A stretch of 54,965 nucleotides of DNA, the filler included, from Asterionella formosa (taxonomy: Eukaryota), in assembly GCA_002256025.1 (NCBI GenBank). It is 5 parts of 5 records of this genome, joined end to end, with 100 filler letters (N's around TTAATTAATTAA, not from the genome) between each part and the next. Parts side by side here need not be neighbours in the genome. Positions count along the whole stretch, not along the records: positions 33,060 to 43,963 come from NKIB01009023.1; positions 44,064 to 54,965 come from NKIB01009024.1; 3 more parts are not named here. The stretch is one strand, 5' to 3'. The position numbers were made by a program, and so were the translations under genes. Position 1 is the stretch's first letter, and every line of letters begins with the position of its first letter. The notes under the pieces were generated by a model. That model was not told the origin of the DNA, ran no database searches, and saw nothing but the letters and a program-made list of their open reading frames with translations. Positions 34,981 to 47,400 of this stretch are shown one piece after another.

Positions 34981-36029
34981 ACACCCGTACTAGTTTCATC
35001 CTGTTTTCATCGTCATGAACCGAGATTATGTACTACCGGTACACCGATACATTGGTACTTTGGTACCTGGTACTGTACCGGTACTGATTTTTATTCAGCC
35101 TACACACAGCAGCGTAGATTCAATACAACGTATAAACACGAACCATGAGCGTACATGTTGGCGTACTCCTATTTTATTGATTTGTTTTGGCGTTGATCGG
35201 AATCATGTCTACATTCAGCAATGCGGATATAGTATCAACGTTTAAAAATCATTTTTGTTTGCTTAAAATGGAACTCTATCAATCTGGCGCCGATTCCTAT
35301 TTAATTCAAATATCCAAATGGACACTCGAATCATGGGAATTCATAGTAGGAAACTCCCTGTTCCACGCCGTTTTTAGAACCCTAGCGATATTTTCTCCAA
35401 ACTAGGGTTAATCCGGGGTCGCAATCTTAAATAGCCAACAATTTTGGCATAGAACGCATAGTAACAAACTCTTAAGGTTCTTGTATTTGAAACCCTACTG
35501 GTGCATAGGGTTGCCAAAATTACTTGACTGGAACTGGCTGAGTAAATTTACGGGCTAATTTTTTAATGACATGATTCCATTTGAAATATTTAAATCTCTG
35601 GAAATTGCTTCATAGCCGTGTAGACTCCTTGCTTCAGTAATATGCTACCAATCTACAGCCTGAGTTTCAATTACCAAGAAAATTAAATGAAAAAAACCGA
35701 CAAAGGATGCCTTGCACTATATGTTCCAGAACCTAGGTTTCTTTCCCATCCATCTCACGGGGTCTGCATCCTTCTCCGCAAATGCCCTTCAAAAGCAGAT
35801 TGTCTCTGGCTAAAAAATTATTACAGAGCCAGGATAACAAAATACAGGAACCTAGTGGTAGCTAGTAGTATCCTTGACTAAATTTACTGAATCCTCCAAG
35901 GCACCAATTAAGCACTGCCTTGTTTGGATACCATTACTTCTATTGTTCTGAGACATGGTGTCCTGTAAAAGAGGAAAAATGTTAGTGACAGAAAAATCTT
36001 GACTTGAAAACAGAAAGGGCATGACATGA

Positions 36030-36900
36030 TTGGTCAGTGTTGAATATGAGCGAGGTGGGAAGCAGGAGGATGATATTTGGTGAGATAATCAGCTCGATTG
36101 AGAGTGCCCTTTTTCCAATATACCTGAAATTGACCTTAGCAGACGCAATCACAGACCCAATAAAAATGCAAATCCAGTGCCTTGGAGAGCTCCTAGCAAG
36201 CATTATCATTAGCAACGCCACTGGCGGTGGTGTTATGAGTGGCTGAAAATAGGCTTGGATGGCTGTGTGTGGCCAAGTTCAGTAAGAATATTGCGTATGG
36301 CATAGGCTTGACTTCCTTGCCGTTGTGAAATAATTCAGCAAGTTCAGCTTCACCAGTGCTGGACAACAAGCAAGACTTCCTTAAGTATTCTTTGACAATG
36401 CACATATATTGCACCATTAAGAGGTGTTACCTGCTGGGTACTACTAGGGGTAGATGACATATCGGTGGCAGGAGGGATTGGGAACAAAGCGTGAAACCGG
36501 TCTTGAGATTTAGACAAATAGTAGGATACCACCTTCAACATATCTCACTGGTGGTGGACCATAGTGTTGCCTCAGGATTGGTTGCATAATAATTCAAAAG
36601 TATTGAGTAATAGCTGCCAACAATGTTGCAGTGGTGGGTTGTGCTTGCTGCTCTTGCTTATCATTGCGATCTATCAAAGGGGTGATGTCATTGACAGCAA
36701 CTTCTTGGGGTTTGCCATGGAGCGATGGGAGGGTTCCATGCATGGTGGGGTGCATGTTGTTGGCGAACAGGGGTAAGATGTTCAAAGCTATTGAGGGCAC
36801 AAGAGATTTAGCCAGGCATGCTAAGATCCACTGTATGATTCCAGGGGAGCAGCTTGATGCCAATGTAGTGTGTAGTGGACTGAGTAAATACACTACTTGC
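36030..36900 (-). mobile_element. Highly decayed Copia (CoDi-like) RT/RNase H fragment
   Basis: TVDLSMPG; PLNGAIYVHC; SSTGEAELAELFHNGKE; NTTASGVAND; SKALDLHFYWVCD..GQFQVYWKKGTLNRADYLTKYHP, with frameshifts and stops. Confidence 0.88.
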
Positions 36901-39283
36901 AAAAAAGTGTTGCAAAATTCATAATGAGCGAGTTAGGCAGTTAAATTCATAATTATCTCTATAATAAGAAATTTCTAATTATGTATGCTAGAACAAGTAG
37001 TGTATTGTTGGATGTCAGGGTGAATGTTTAATAGTCACATGAAGCCAATGGCCATGTACACTGTAGGGGCATTGTCGGGGAAAAGGCAATGAGGAAGTCT
37101 GCAATATTGATGTAGACAACAACAAAAAAGAAAAATGGATACTATTGTATTTCTGTTGAGGAGAACCTAGTCATTAACAACGGTCACAAGCAATATAATG
37201 ACTATTCTAATGCTGTCCTTATGTAGTGTAGCATTGTTAGAGTAGCTAAATGTATCTTCTCAATCTGGTGGAAATGCATGTACAGTCAGTCTCTAGGGTT
37301 CGTTGGCGACAAAGTGTCCTCGAGTTTGAAGACTTTTAGCATTCGTATACCCGTATATAGGAATATCGGATTCTTTCCGGTTAGACTGATTTCAGTCTCC
37401 TAGACTGGATTCAGTCTGGGTTCTCAATCCCTTGCCCCTAGCTCAATTAAACAAATATTTCATTTCTGAAAAGTTAATTTAAATCTGCAGAAGACCTGTA
37501 TGATTCTGGAGGTATGAATGGCAATAAGCTTTTACAGTTTCAAAAAATTCAGATACATGAGAAGTCTGCCTGCCAAAAAATCTCAAAAAATCTGTGCGGG
37601 ATGGCGCGAAAACAAAATTTGACAATTGGCAAAGGTGCCCTCGTTTCATGCCTTACCAAGTAAATTCACCTATCTCTGTGGGTCCGAAATCATCATGTGA
37701 ACATCGCAAAAGACCATCGAGTTGAAAGAATGACAGTTCGGCAGAGGGAGCTCAAGAAAATCAGAGGTAAGGATGCGATTGCCATTGTGGTCACTGCTCC
37801 CGGGATTGTAGATGATGTTGATATGACTGAGCTTTATACCCTAGAAATCACTTCTAGATCATTTCCGATGTTGATTCAGACACCTTTTACTATTATGAAG
37901 GCGATTATTTATTTGAGGAGGTAGCAGAAGGTGAAGTGATGCCTTCAGAGCTTCTCAAACTTGTTGAGTGGCTGTGTACTGGCGGCGCAGTTCTTGACAC
38001 TGACGATATTGCCATCCCAGCTGGATTTGTTGATTTTGGTGTTGACAATGCCCCAGCATCTGAAAAGGTTTTTCAACGATAAAGTTGCAGAAGATTTGTT
38101 TGTCAATGAGTGGGATAAGTCAGGAATTTGCGACAGGAGCCAGTTGAATGGATCAAAGAGCAATCCAATATTTTCATCATTTGAAGTCGACTAGTACCTT
38201 CCAGTTATTTGATTTAATCTTTCCTTAGGAGCTCTGCCTGGAATGATTCAATTATATTTATTATTGCTCAAGATTTTGAGGGCAAACCTGTAACCACTCA
38301 GATGAATTGAAAAATGGTGGAATGGGAATGGTGGAGGGGAAAGTGTGTGGCGCAGATCATGAATAGCAGAAAAAGATGACATGTACAGTGGCTTTCTACA
38401 ACCACTTTAAGTTTTGGCATGCAGTTGACAATTATAATGCGACGAGGCATTCCTCAATAATTTTGGAAGTGAAATTTGCGACAAAATGTTGGCCAAATAG
38501 AGTGTCATCATTGCTCCTTTCAGTCATGCTGGCAGACGATGCCCTGCTTGCATAGCTAGCTGTGAACAATTTGCTCTATACTAAGGAGGGAGGTTGATGG
38601 CATGCTCTGTTTTCGCAAGCTCATTGCGGAGGCATTGGTATGATATCATTATTACAACGAAGAAGACAAAGAATCGCCTAGAAGGTCGCCAAGATTGACT
38701 AAAAAGTGCTTAGCAAATTGCTTTCCAGCTACCCAGATGGGGCAAGAAATTTTTCGTGACAGAGGTTGTGGTTCTGGCAGTTCCCACCTCCAAAGTACAT
38801 GTGCATATTGGAAAATCATGACTTGGACATGTTGTGTATGGTCCATGGGTATGCTTCGATGTGCTGATTGTTGTTTACATCATTCCATTGAAGCAGCATT
38901 GAGTCTTTCCAGTCCAGACTGATCTGGTGTGTCTGCAGAGTTTTTCATGTTGTGACTGACACACGACTAAATATTAGTAGTTCAAATTCCAATTCTTTGT
39001 CTTCAACATGTATAGCCCTTTTAATCAGGAGCAAAATTACTATCCAATGATCTATCTAAATTTAGAGGAAAGTAGAAATCATTTTCAAATTGAGCCTCAA
39101 AGACAGACTGAAATCAGCCTAATGAGCCGGAAAGAGCCAGATATATTAAAAACTCCCAACGAACATCGTCATCGATGCACCAAATATTCGTATATGAATA
39201 TGTGTGTCATAAATTCCAGACACCATCAGCTTCGAATATCGTGGACGGTGTCGACAATGAGAAGTCTCAACTCTGTCGGTGTC

Positions 39284-40513
39284 ATGAAGTTTCGCTTGAT
39301 AGCATTTTTCATCCTGGCCATTATTCGACGAATGAGCGCGTTCTCATTGACAAAGCCATCGCCTTATGTACTCCCGACATGGGCGAAAGATATTCTATCC
39401 AACATACCGCTCAATGGCAGATTATCATTAGCAAATCTTCCCACTCCGTTGTATCGCCTGGAGACCAAAACTGAAACTACAGTACTGCAACGCATAAAGG
39501 AACTCAACATTTCACTTTACATAAAACGCGATGACATGACTGGAGGTTGCGAAACGGGAGGAAATAAAATACGAAAGCTCGAGTTTTTGATGGCCGATGC
39601 GCTTGCTTCTGGTCATGACGCTGTCGTTACGATTGGGGGAGAGCAGTCCAATCACTGTCGTGCGACGGCAGCTGCAGCTCGAATGGTGGGGCTAGAGCCT
39701 CATTTGATATTGAGGACAGGGCGAGCCAACGCAGTACAAGAGAAAGATGCTGAGTTTGGTATGACTGGCAATCTCCTTTTCGACAGGATGGTTGGAAGTA
39801 CGATCTATACGTGCACTCCTGGAGAGTACGGTCGAGTTGGATCTACCGAGATTGTAGAGGGTGTATGTACGCACCTTACGCGTAAAGGTAAAAAACCTTA
39901 TGGTATTCCTGTGGGAGGATCCAACTGGCTAGGAAGCTGGGGCTATATCCAAGGCGTCGATGAGGTCCTCCACCAATGGAAAGACAGCGATCAGTCATTA
40001 GATCACGTTGTGTTTGCGTGTGGAAGTGGAGGAACAGCGGCTGGAATTGCCTTGGGGTTCGGACTGGCGCCAGAGCAATCGCCAAGTGTTCACGCTGTCG
40101 CGGTCTGCGATGACCCAGACTATTTCTACAACTACGTGGCTAATATAGCAGACGATATGGGGTTCCAAGGGGATGCGCTTGCCTTTATTAAAGGCAACAT
40201 GGTCGTTCACCAAGGGAAGGGACTAGGTTATGCATCAAGCACACCAGAAGAGCTTAACTTTGTGACTCAATTTGCAGTAGAAACGGGTATCGTATTGGAT
40301 CCAGTCTACAGTGGCAAAGCGCTTTATCATTTTGTGACGAATGTCCTGGAACAAGATCCAGAGGCATATCGTGGGAACAATGTCCTCTTTTGGCATACTG
40401 GAGGAGCGCTCGGACTGTTTGACAAAGGCAACGATTTGTTTTTAAATGCTGTATCACCTGTCAAGCGACTCGACTTCTATAAGAAAAATGATGATGGAAT
40501 GGTCTCCATGTGA
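39284..40513 (+). CDS. D-cysteine desulfhydrase (ACC deaminase/D-CDes PLP family), possibly plastid-targeted
   Basis: KRDDMTG..GGNKIRKLEFL; QSNHCRATA; ACGSGGTAAG; LDPVYSGKA; FWHTGG. The start is uncertain (39257 or 39284); MKFRLIAFFILAIIRRMSAF resembles a signal peptide plus SAF motif. Confidence 0.92.
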   Translation: MKFRLIAFFILAIIRRMSAFSLTKPSPYVLPTWAKDILSNIPLNGRLSLANLPTPLYRLETKTETTVLQRIKELNISLYIKRDDMTGGCETGGNKIRKLEFLMADALASGHDAVVTIGGEQSNHCRATAAAARMVGLEPHLILRTGRANAVQEKDAEFGMTGNLLFDRMVGSTIYTCTPGEYGRVGSTEIVEGVCTHLTRKGKKPYGIPVGGSNWLGSWGYIQGVDEVLHQWKDSDQSLDHVVFACGSGGTAAGIALGFGLAPEQSPSVHAVAVCDDPDYFYNYVANIADDMGFQGDALAFIKGNMVVHQGKGLGYASSTPEELNFVTQFAVETGIVLDPVYSGKALYHFVTNVLEQDPEAYRGNNVLFWHTGGALGLFDKGNDLFLNAVSPVKRLDFYKKNDDGMVSM

Positions 40514-40794
40514 CTCTAACAGTTGACGCACATGACTGTCAGCGCTGTATTCCAGACTAAAGAATATCTTCAGACCTTGTCCCCACAATACCTATCTTGG
40601 CTTGTATCCCGCAAGTGGTTTGGTAGCAAAATTAACAAACACTCCCCAGCGGCTTGCCAATCATTTCCATTATTCTGGGGAGTTCACATGCCTTTGGCAT
40701 TCTTGTTTTGAATTTCTAAACTTGATCATTTCTCCTTCAATTGTCACGTCTTCAATAAAGATCATTTTTACTCACCCTGAAATAACTAAGCAGC

Positions 40795-41436
40795 ATGGTA
40801 TCCAAGAATGTCCATTACTTTTGTGTCAATACTATCTTTCTTGACGACGAGGACTTTGGTGTTGTCTATTCAAGTGGAATCTTTGATCAAACAGGAGGAC
40901 CTGAATTCTACGCCGCAGATGTTCCGCGTGACAAGGAACATCCGCTCCGTTTACTCATGGATAGTCTTTCCAATTGCGTCATCCATGATAACGAAATCTA
41001 CGAATCAGGTGGAATTTTGGTTAAGTTGGAGGAGCTTGTCGGCAAGGAACGCAAAATTGTTTTGGAACAATGCATGTATCGGGCCAACACGAACGCTCGC
41101 GTCTTTCAGCTTCGCCCTTTGTTCTTGGAGACCGAAGGGAGTGTTCGTGCCTGGGGTCGCTACCCTCCTGCTCCTCAGGGCAAGGATAAAATGGCTCAAT
41201 CGATTATTAAGAAATTCCGCAGTGGATCATTTGTTCGTCATTTTGACGGAAAAGTGAGCAATATAGCTCAAGACAACACTGAATCTGTCAACATTGTTGA
41301 TGTTATGAGGAACATGCATTGGGCTGTAGATTGGGAGAAACATGTGACCAAAGATGAAGTATCTTACATTAGTCAGAATCATACATACTTTGAGCAAGTT
41401 TTCGCCGCGAGGAGGAACCTTATTCAGCACGAGTAG
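40795..41436 (+). CDS. Hypothetical 213-aa protein, weak DUF4262-like pattern
   Basis: Intact intronless ORF with coding-like composition between two genes. VVYSSGIF..GGPEFYAADVP..LMDSL..VFQLRP pattern. Confidence 0.65.
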   Translation: MVSKNVHYFCVNTIFLDDEDFGVVYSSGIFDQTGGPEFYAADVPRDKEHPLRLLMDSLSNCVIHDNEIYESGGILVKLEELVGKERKIVLEQCMYRANTNARVFQLRPLFLETEGSVRAWGRYPPAPQGKDKMAQSIIKKFRSGSFVRHFDGKVSNIAQDNTESVNIVDVMRNMHWAVDWEKHVTKDEVSYISQNHTYFEQVFAARRNLIQHE

Positions 41437-41723
41437 ACCAATTCTTTGCACCGTTCTGAGTGCATATCAAACCTTCAAAGCAGTAGAATATAACCAAGGA
41501 GCTTATAATAACTGCTGTAACTAATGTTCTGAATGGAACCAAATGAATCTCGCTTCCATCAAGACCCATGCGTGCCGCAATTTGTGAAAATAGTGTAATG
41601 AGGTAAATCAACGTAGCGTGTAAACGACACTTATGCCCATCATGGTATCCAGCATTCTGTACTATTGAATGTCGCTAAAATGGCAGCGTGATATTGAAAA
41701 AAAGAGTATATGAAGGGTCTTGC

Positions 41724-42710
41724 TCAAAAAGTGATAAAACCATCTTCGGTGTCGCTTTCTACTTTGATGACTTCCTTCGAAGCTGTTAGATCTCTTGTCG
41801 CATCATCAACAGCATGATCGACTTGCAAATTTTCTTCAGTCACCTCGCTAGCGAGTCTTTTGGATCCTTTATTTTCTGTATAAATGTCGGCTATGGTTCC
41901 AAATTTTCGTCGAAGTGCAGTTTGAATGGCATAATTCCCCGTTTCACTCAATGCTGCAAAGGATATCGTTGGATTGAATAATAAGACCGTCTTCATAAGA
42001 TTGATCAAATCTCCAGGCGCTCGCAGCGCATTTGAATCTCCCGAGCTAAGGAGTACCTTGGGTTTAGATCCCAAGCTGCTGGATTGCAGGGCTTGGGCGG
42101 TAGCGACAAACGCCTTCCGCTGCCCCAGGGTCAAAATGGCTGGACTGTAATGCATTTCAAACACAGCACCTCGTTTGCAAGCAGCCTTGACATCTAATGT
42201 TCGAATTTTGTAAGGCAGCTGGACGCCGCCCCGACCTGATGTATAATCCAATGTTATAATGTCAATGAGTGTCGCAGTTGAACATGCTGCCGCAAAAACA
42301 GCATCGTTCCGAGGTGAAAGGGATACCAAATCATAGTTTTGAAGTAATAGCTTGATCGAAGCGTTTTCAGCAGTATAATGACCAACATCCGCTAGATTCT
42401 CGACCACTATATGCAACCGCGTCAGAACCTGGAGACTGCCTCGATTCAGTTTTGATATCAGTCCGAACGTAGTTTCCGCTGCATCATCTGGCTTGACTTT
42501 GCCATAGACAGTATGACAAAACGCCACATGAGAGTAGCCAATCGAAGAAAGGCGATCGATTGTCTGCTGCATGAGTAGAACTCGCTCTTTAGAGTCGCCT
42601 TGAGTCAGCGGCACCATGAGACTGTAGTATTTCGTGGTCGATGCACCGCCTCGAATGCATGGAGCATGCAATGGGTTTCCTTTTCGTTTCTTCGCTGTTC
42701 TACTCGGCAT
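41724..42710 (-). CDS. RPP30: Ribonuclease P/MRP subunit p30
   Basis: IGYSHVAFCHTV; LTRLHIVV; YDLVSLSP..F..AC..IDIITLD; LPYKI..ACKRGAVFEMHYSPAI; LLSSG..LRAPGDLINL. Confidence 0.9.
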   Translation of the reverse strand: MPSRTAKKRKGNPLHAPCIRGGASTTKYYSLMVPLTQGDSKERVLLMQQTIDRLSSIGYSHVAFCHTVYGKVKPDDAAETTFGLISKLNRGSLQVLTRLHIVVENLADVGHYTAENASIKLLLQNYDLVSLSPRNDAVFAAACSTATLIDIITLDYTSGRGGVQLPYKIRTLDVKAACKRGAVFEMHYSPAILTLGQRKAFVATAQALQSSSLGSKPKVLLSSGDSNALRAPGDLINLMKTVLLFNPTISFAALSETGNYAIQTALRRKFGTIADIYTENKGSKRLASEVTEENLQVDHAVDDATRDLTASKEVIKVESDTEDGFITF

Positions 42711-43643
42711 TGTGAGATTTAAAGCTTATGCAGCTTGCAAAATAGTGCGAGCAGTGACCCGCAGCAAGACTTAAATGCGTAATTCAAAGGGAAGGCAACT
42801 AAAATGTCCCGACGGAATCGATGAGCACTTTTTGTAAAATGTGGCAACCATTAGATATACCTATGTAAGAGGGATCGAAAACTCGCTGGCACAATAAATA
42901 CCCGGTGGAGAGGTCGTAAATTTTTGGATTTGATGTTGCTTATCGGTATTATTTATGTTTACATATTTTGTACCTGTTTTATGCACGAAGAAAAAGGATC
43001 CATATCCTCCACCGGTATCTACATGCCTGAATATATACATTCACCGGTATTATTTATTGTCTTACTACCTGTACTGCATCATTGACTCTTACGCTACCTG
43101 GTACCATAGTGGGACCAGGTCCTCCGTTCCAGGGTACCTGGTACCAGTACCTACTGTCAACCTACATACCGTTACATCTGATGCGCACATCCGTTTGCTA
43201 TCATGTCGTCAGCAGTAAAAAGGATGTCGTGGTGGAGGAGTTGTGTAGCCACTATACATAGTATGTAGCTAACATGTATGAGTATGAATTCATGACGGTG
43301 ATCGTGCAATATTTCCCTCATAATCACCGGCACCGTTAGTGGACGCGCTCTGATAATAAAAAATTATTATATCATGTGTGTATTATAACACAAATTATTC
43401 TGGTGATCTGCTACATAATATCGTCCTTGCGCTCTGATAATAGAGATATTTTAGATTACTTCTCTGACATTATATATATTTTTAACTTTAATTTTCAACA
43501 GTTAAATTTTCATATCGATGCATCCTCTTGTATGCTATGCCGCCTCTTGTTCAATATATGCATGAGTTCTATATATTCATCATCGTTGGTCACTGACCAT
43601 GTCGACTTTCATCTCATCTCCTGATGATGATGATGATGATGAC

Positions 43644-43845
43644 ATTATGATCACATTGCTACTGTTAGCAATGTCCTATCCACCAGTAAATGGGATGCCA
43701 TCGTTCAGGGAAAGTTTGACTGTTGATGAGGTCAGAAGAAGAAGTGGCAAAATCCGTCGCCACGCACTACAGCATCCATTATCGAGTCCATTCTGGACTT
43801 TGTTCAACAGCTCTGATTACCTTGTGTGGGTTTGACCAACTTTCG
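43644..43845 (+). pseudogene. 5' fragment of a probable PIF/Harbinger-type transposase
   Basis: FRESLTVDEVRRRSGKIRRHALQHPLSSPFWTLFNS, then frameshifted ALITLCGFD; upstream repeated GCGCTCTGATAATA (43345, 43429). Confidence 0.55.
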
Positions 43846-44401
43846 TGCTAGCAAAGTTGGTCAGAACCAAATTGCTTCAGTGTATATGCCCTATTTGCAT
43901 AGGAATGCAAATAGATATGCCATGTAATTCAAAGAAATTATTCCTTCATGATTATTTAGCACCNNNNNNNNNNNNNNNNNNNNNNNNNNNNNNNNNNNNN
44001 NNNNNNNTTAATTAATTAANNNNNNNNNNNNNNNNNNNNNNNNNNNNNNNNNNNNNNNNNNNNGTATTTATTTTACACGTTGGAGGACAAAATAGTGAAG
44101 AAAAGGTGAATCGCATTGTTGTCCCTCGATTACTGGTCCTCCACTATACTCCTTGCGCCTTTCATTTAGAGCTTCTGTCCCTAAGGACATCTCAAAGAAA
44201 CCTCGATCGGATCGGATCCAACAACAGGTGTTGAATACAAGGACGACTACCAGGGTAGTAGCACACAGAAACGGATCCTCGTTCCGCGTTCCACCGCCAT
44301 TCTGACCTCGTTCCTGAGTCCCACTTGGTTTTAAATTGTAGAAGGCGCAGCACCGTTTTTGATTGCTTGTTCTCGTCTTCTAATGTGGATTAGGTGCTAT
44401 C

Positions 44402-47400
44402 ATGTCGGCAAGGAAAGATTGTTATTACGATATCATTAGACGGCAAAGCGTAGACTTGTTGTCAGACAAGCCGGCATCAAAGCGACGTACCGCGCTCAAA
44501 ACTCTGGGGGAGATTTTGGGCGAATCACGACAGAGGCTAGTCGATGCGGTAGATGGCAATATCCTACAAAAGAAAGCAGCCGTGACTGCTCTTTGGAAGT
44601 CGATCCTTTTGAATGCGCACAAGTGCGTTCGCGACTTCTTTTCGGGGAGCGCCAAGGGTAAGGCGAACGCTTTAGATGTGGAGATGCTGACAAAATTGGT
44701 TCGTCAGTTTCTATTGACGAAAGATCAGATGGACCCGAATATGGCGCCAACCCTTTCTAAAAAAGTGGCATCAAATCTTCTCCTTTTGTGTTTGGAAAAT
44801 TTAGAATGCGATGAGGAGAAGGCGCCTGGTTCGGAAGTTGCGTTCCTTGGGCTGCTATCTCTCATTTGCTCTAGAAAGGAATTTGTTGCTTTCTTTGGGA
44901 AGGAAGAAATTACTAAAGTATTTTCGGAACTGGAAGCTAGACTGGATGCGAATTCCGCTGTTGGAAAAATCACCGTTGTCGAAAAGACTGCGAGAGTTTG
45001 GGAAGACTTTCTCACTACTCTGTGCCAAAAGCTAGGCGTAGGGATGCAGCTATGGATGCAGGGATGCATCGAGCTGGTATCATACCAATGTATACATCAT
45101 TCGAAGAATGGGACAAGGCGAATGCATTCTCAATTGCTCAAGGGTGCAGCCATTTTAATGATGAGCCACCCAGAACAGGCGATCGAGCCATTGAGACGCG
45201 ACGGTGGTCATATGCTCAAACATGCCATAAGCCGTTATGCATCGAGCGACGCAAGTTCCAAAGATACTGTGATCTACTATTTTCATGCCCACCTCAGGGT
45301 TTGTCAATCGGCAGGACGACTTCAAGGTCTCTGGCCGGGCGATCTTGGAAATCTCGATTCAGCTTCATTGGATTTGAAACGAGCTGGTGGCCTACTGAAT
45401 TTAATCGCAACCAAAGAGGAATTTGAAAAAATCAGGGTGTTGAGTTCATCACGAAGTTTGGCTCATGTAAATTCCATAGGTACATTGAATGTTTCCAGAC
45501 ACAGCAGAAATGAAAAAACCTTCAAAATAAGTGGCCCTCGCTCGTCGAAGACGAGGCAACTGGGATCACTATGCCCTCGTATCACCCCACGCCAGTGTCG
45601 TCATCTCGAACTTTGTGCTCGGTTGCTCTCAATAAGTCAAAGGATTTACTTATCGGAAACAGAGTGGGAACGACAGGAATCACTCGTTGATGGAGAACAA
45701 GACCTACTTGATGTCTTTTTAAATGATCTTGATTATAATGAGGCTCCTGAGACTCAATGGATCGATAAAATAAATTCAGATAATTCGTTTCCGTCCCCGA
45801 GTGACTACGTCAAAAGTCCATTCGGTGAACGAGTGCTTCTTTCCCTGTGGGTAGCTACTCCAAGGGAGCAGACAGGATTTGGATCGGACAACAGCAATAC
45901 ACAGTTATCCTCACAGAATACGGAGCAAAGGACCAAGTGGAATGACAGTATTTATGATAGCCTTCGTGAGCTAAATTCAATAACTGAGGCTTTTTCAGAT
46001 GCATGTTTGGGCCTTTCCCCACAGAAATCCGTTATTCCGGCGCTACAGTTGATCTGCGCATGCTCCGAGGCCTTCCCATTAGGAGAATGCTGGGCATCAC
46101 GATCGCGGGTTTTCTGCCATGAAGGAGGCCCAAAGAAACTAGAAAAAGAGGCATTCCATTCTAAGCGATGCTCTCGTGATGATCTTGCACTTGTGGTATA
46201 CGCAGTTTCCAATCTCCTTGAATCACATGGAGGTCCTGGCTGCGAAGTTGAGACCCAAAGTTGGATTATTCGATGTTTGCTGCGTTTGACTGAATGTACG
46301 GAATTGATCACAATGGTGGATGGTGTTGACGAAAATCGCGGACGTGCCTTGTCATTTGTCTGGCGGCGAGTGTGGGATCTTCTCTTTCTGCCAGCACTTT
46401 GCTACAGAAATTACACACGAGCAGCTACAGTGGGATCCATTGGTGACCTTGTATTAGTTCTCCTAACTGAGATTGTGCGTTGCAGTTGCACAAGCGCCAC
46501 ATTTAGAGATCGCGGTTTTCGGGGGTCGCAAACAAACGCTGCTATCAATCAAATTGATATTTGGAGACTTCCTATCTTTAAAGACTCTTTGCCTATCGAA
46601 ACCCCATCTGTGTTCGACCTTATCTCGTGTGTTCTCTTCAGAGTTGGGCTTGTCGATTCATGCTCTGGGACGCTCAATAACGTGGAACCTACTTCGTCTC
46701 AGTCTTCATATCCTGCGGTGAACGACCAAATAAAATTCGGTCTTCGTTACAAATTGCTCTGTCTGTGTTTAAGCTCGGCAGAAGGGCTACTGCAAAGCAA
46801 TCAAATTACATCCCACTTGGAGAGCTTCCTCGCCAAAGTGTCAGCTTGTATGGTCTCACTAATAAGCGGCAACCCAACATGTTATCCAACCGTATTTCAG
46901 AGTCATGCATTCCAAGATCAAGCAACAACGTTTCCTGGAATAGACGAAGCCGGGACATTATACAATTTTACAACATTTCGATTCTGGGATCATCTGGTTC
47001 CTTCTCAAACTAACAAGAAATCTGTCGTCTCTCAGCTGGTATCCAATCTATGGAATCACCCTATCAATATCAAGACCTGGTGCACGAAGGTCGAAGACNN
47101 NNNNNNNNNNNNNNNNNNNNNNNNNNNNNNNNNNNNNNNNNNNNNNNNNNNNNNNNNNNNNNNNNNNNNNNNNNNNNNNNNNNNNNNNNNNNNNNNNNNN
47201 NNNNNNNNNNNNNNNNNNNNNNNNNNNNNNNNNNNNNNNNNNNNNNNNNNNNNNNNNNNNNNNNNNNNNNNNNNNNNNNNNNNNNNNNNNNNNNNNNNNN
47301 NNNNNNNNNNNNNNNNNNNNNNNNNNNNNNNNNNNNNNNNNNNNNNNNNNNNNNNNNNNNNNNNNNNNNNNNNNNNNNNNNNNNNNNNNNNNNNNNNNNN

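Noticed and set aside
34290..35520. ACCTAAAC..AATGCGTTTG direct repeats and TAGGGTTGCC words suggesting hAT ends
   Set aside because: No inverted partner or 8-bp TSD found.
39008..39256. N-terminal extension of the D-CDes ORF (likewise 27087-27209 of the exonuclease)
   Set aside because: Looks like open 5' non-coding sequence; downstream ATGs give more plausible starts.
44064..44400. Possible ncRNA upstream of ATM (short hairpins, CGATCGGATCGGATCC)
   Set aside because: No tRNA, snRNA, snoRNA or RNase P/MRP signature recognised.
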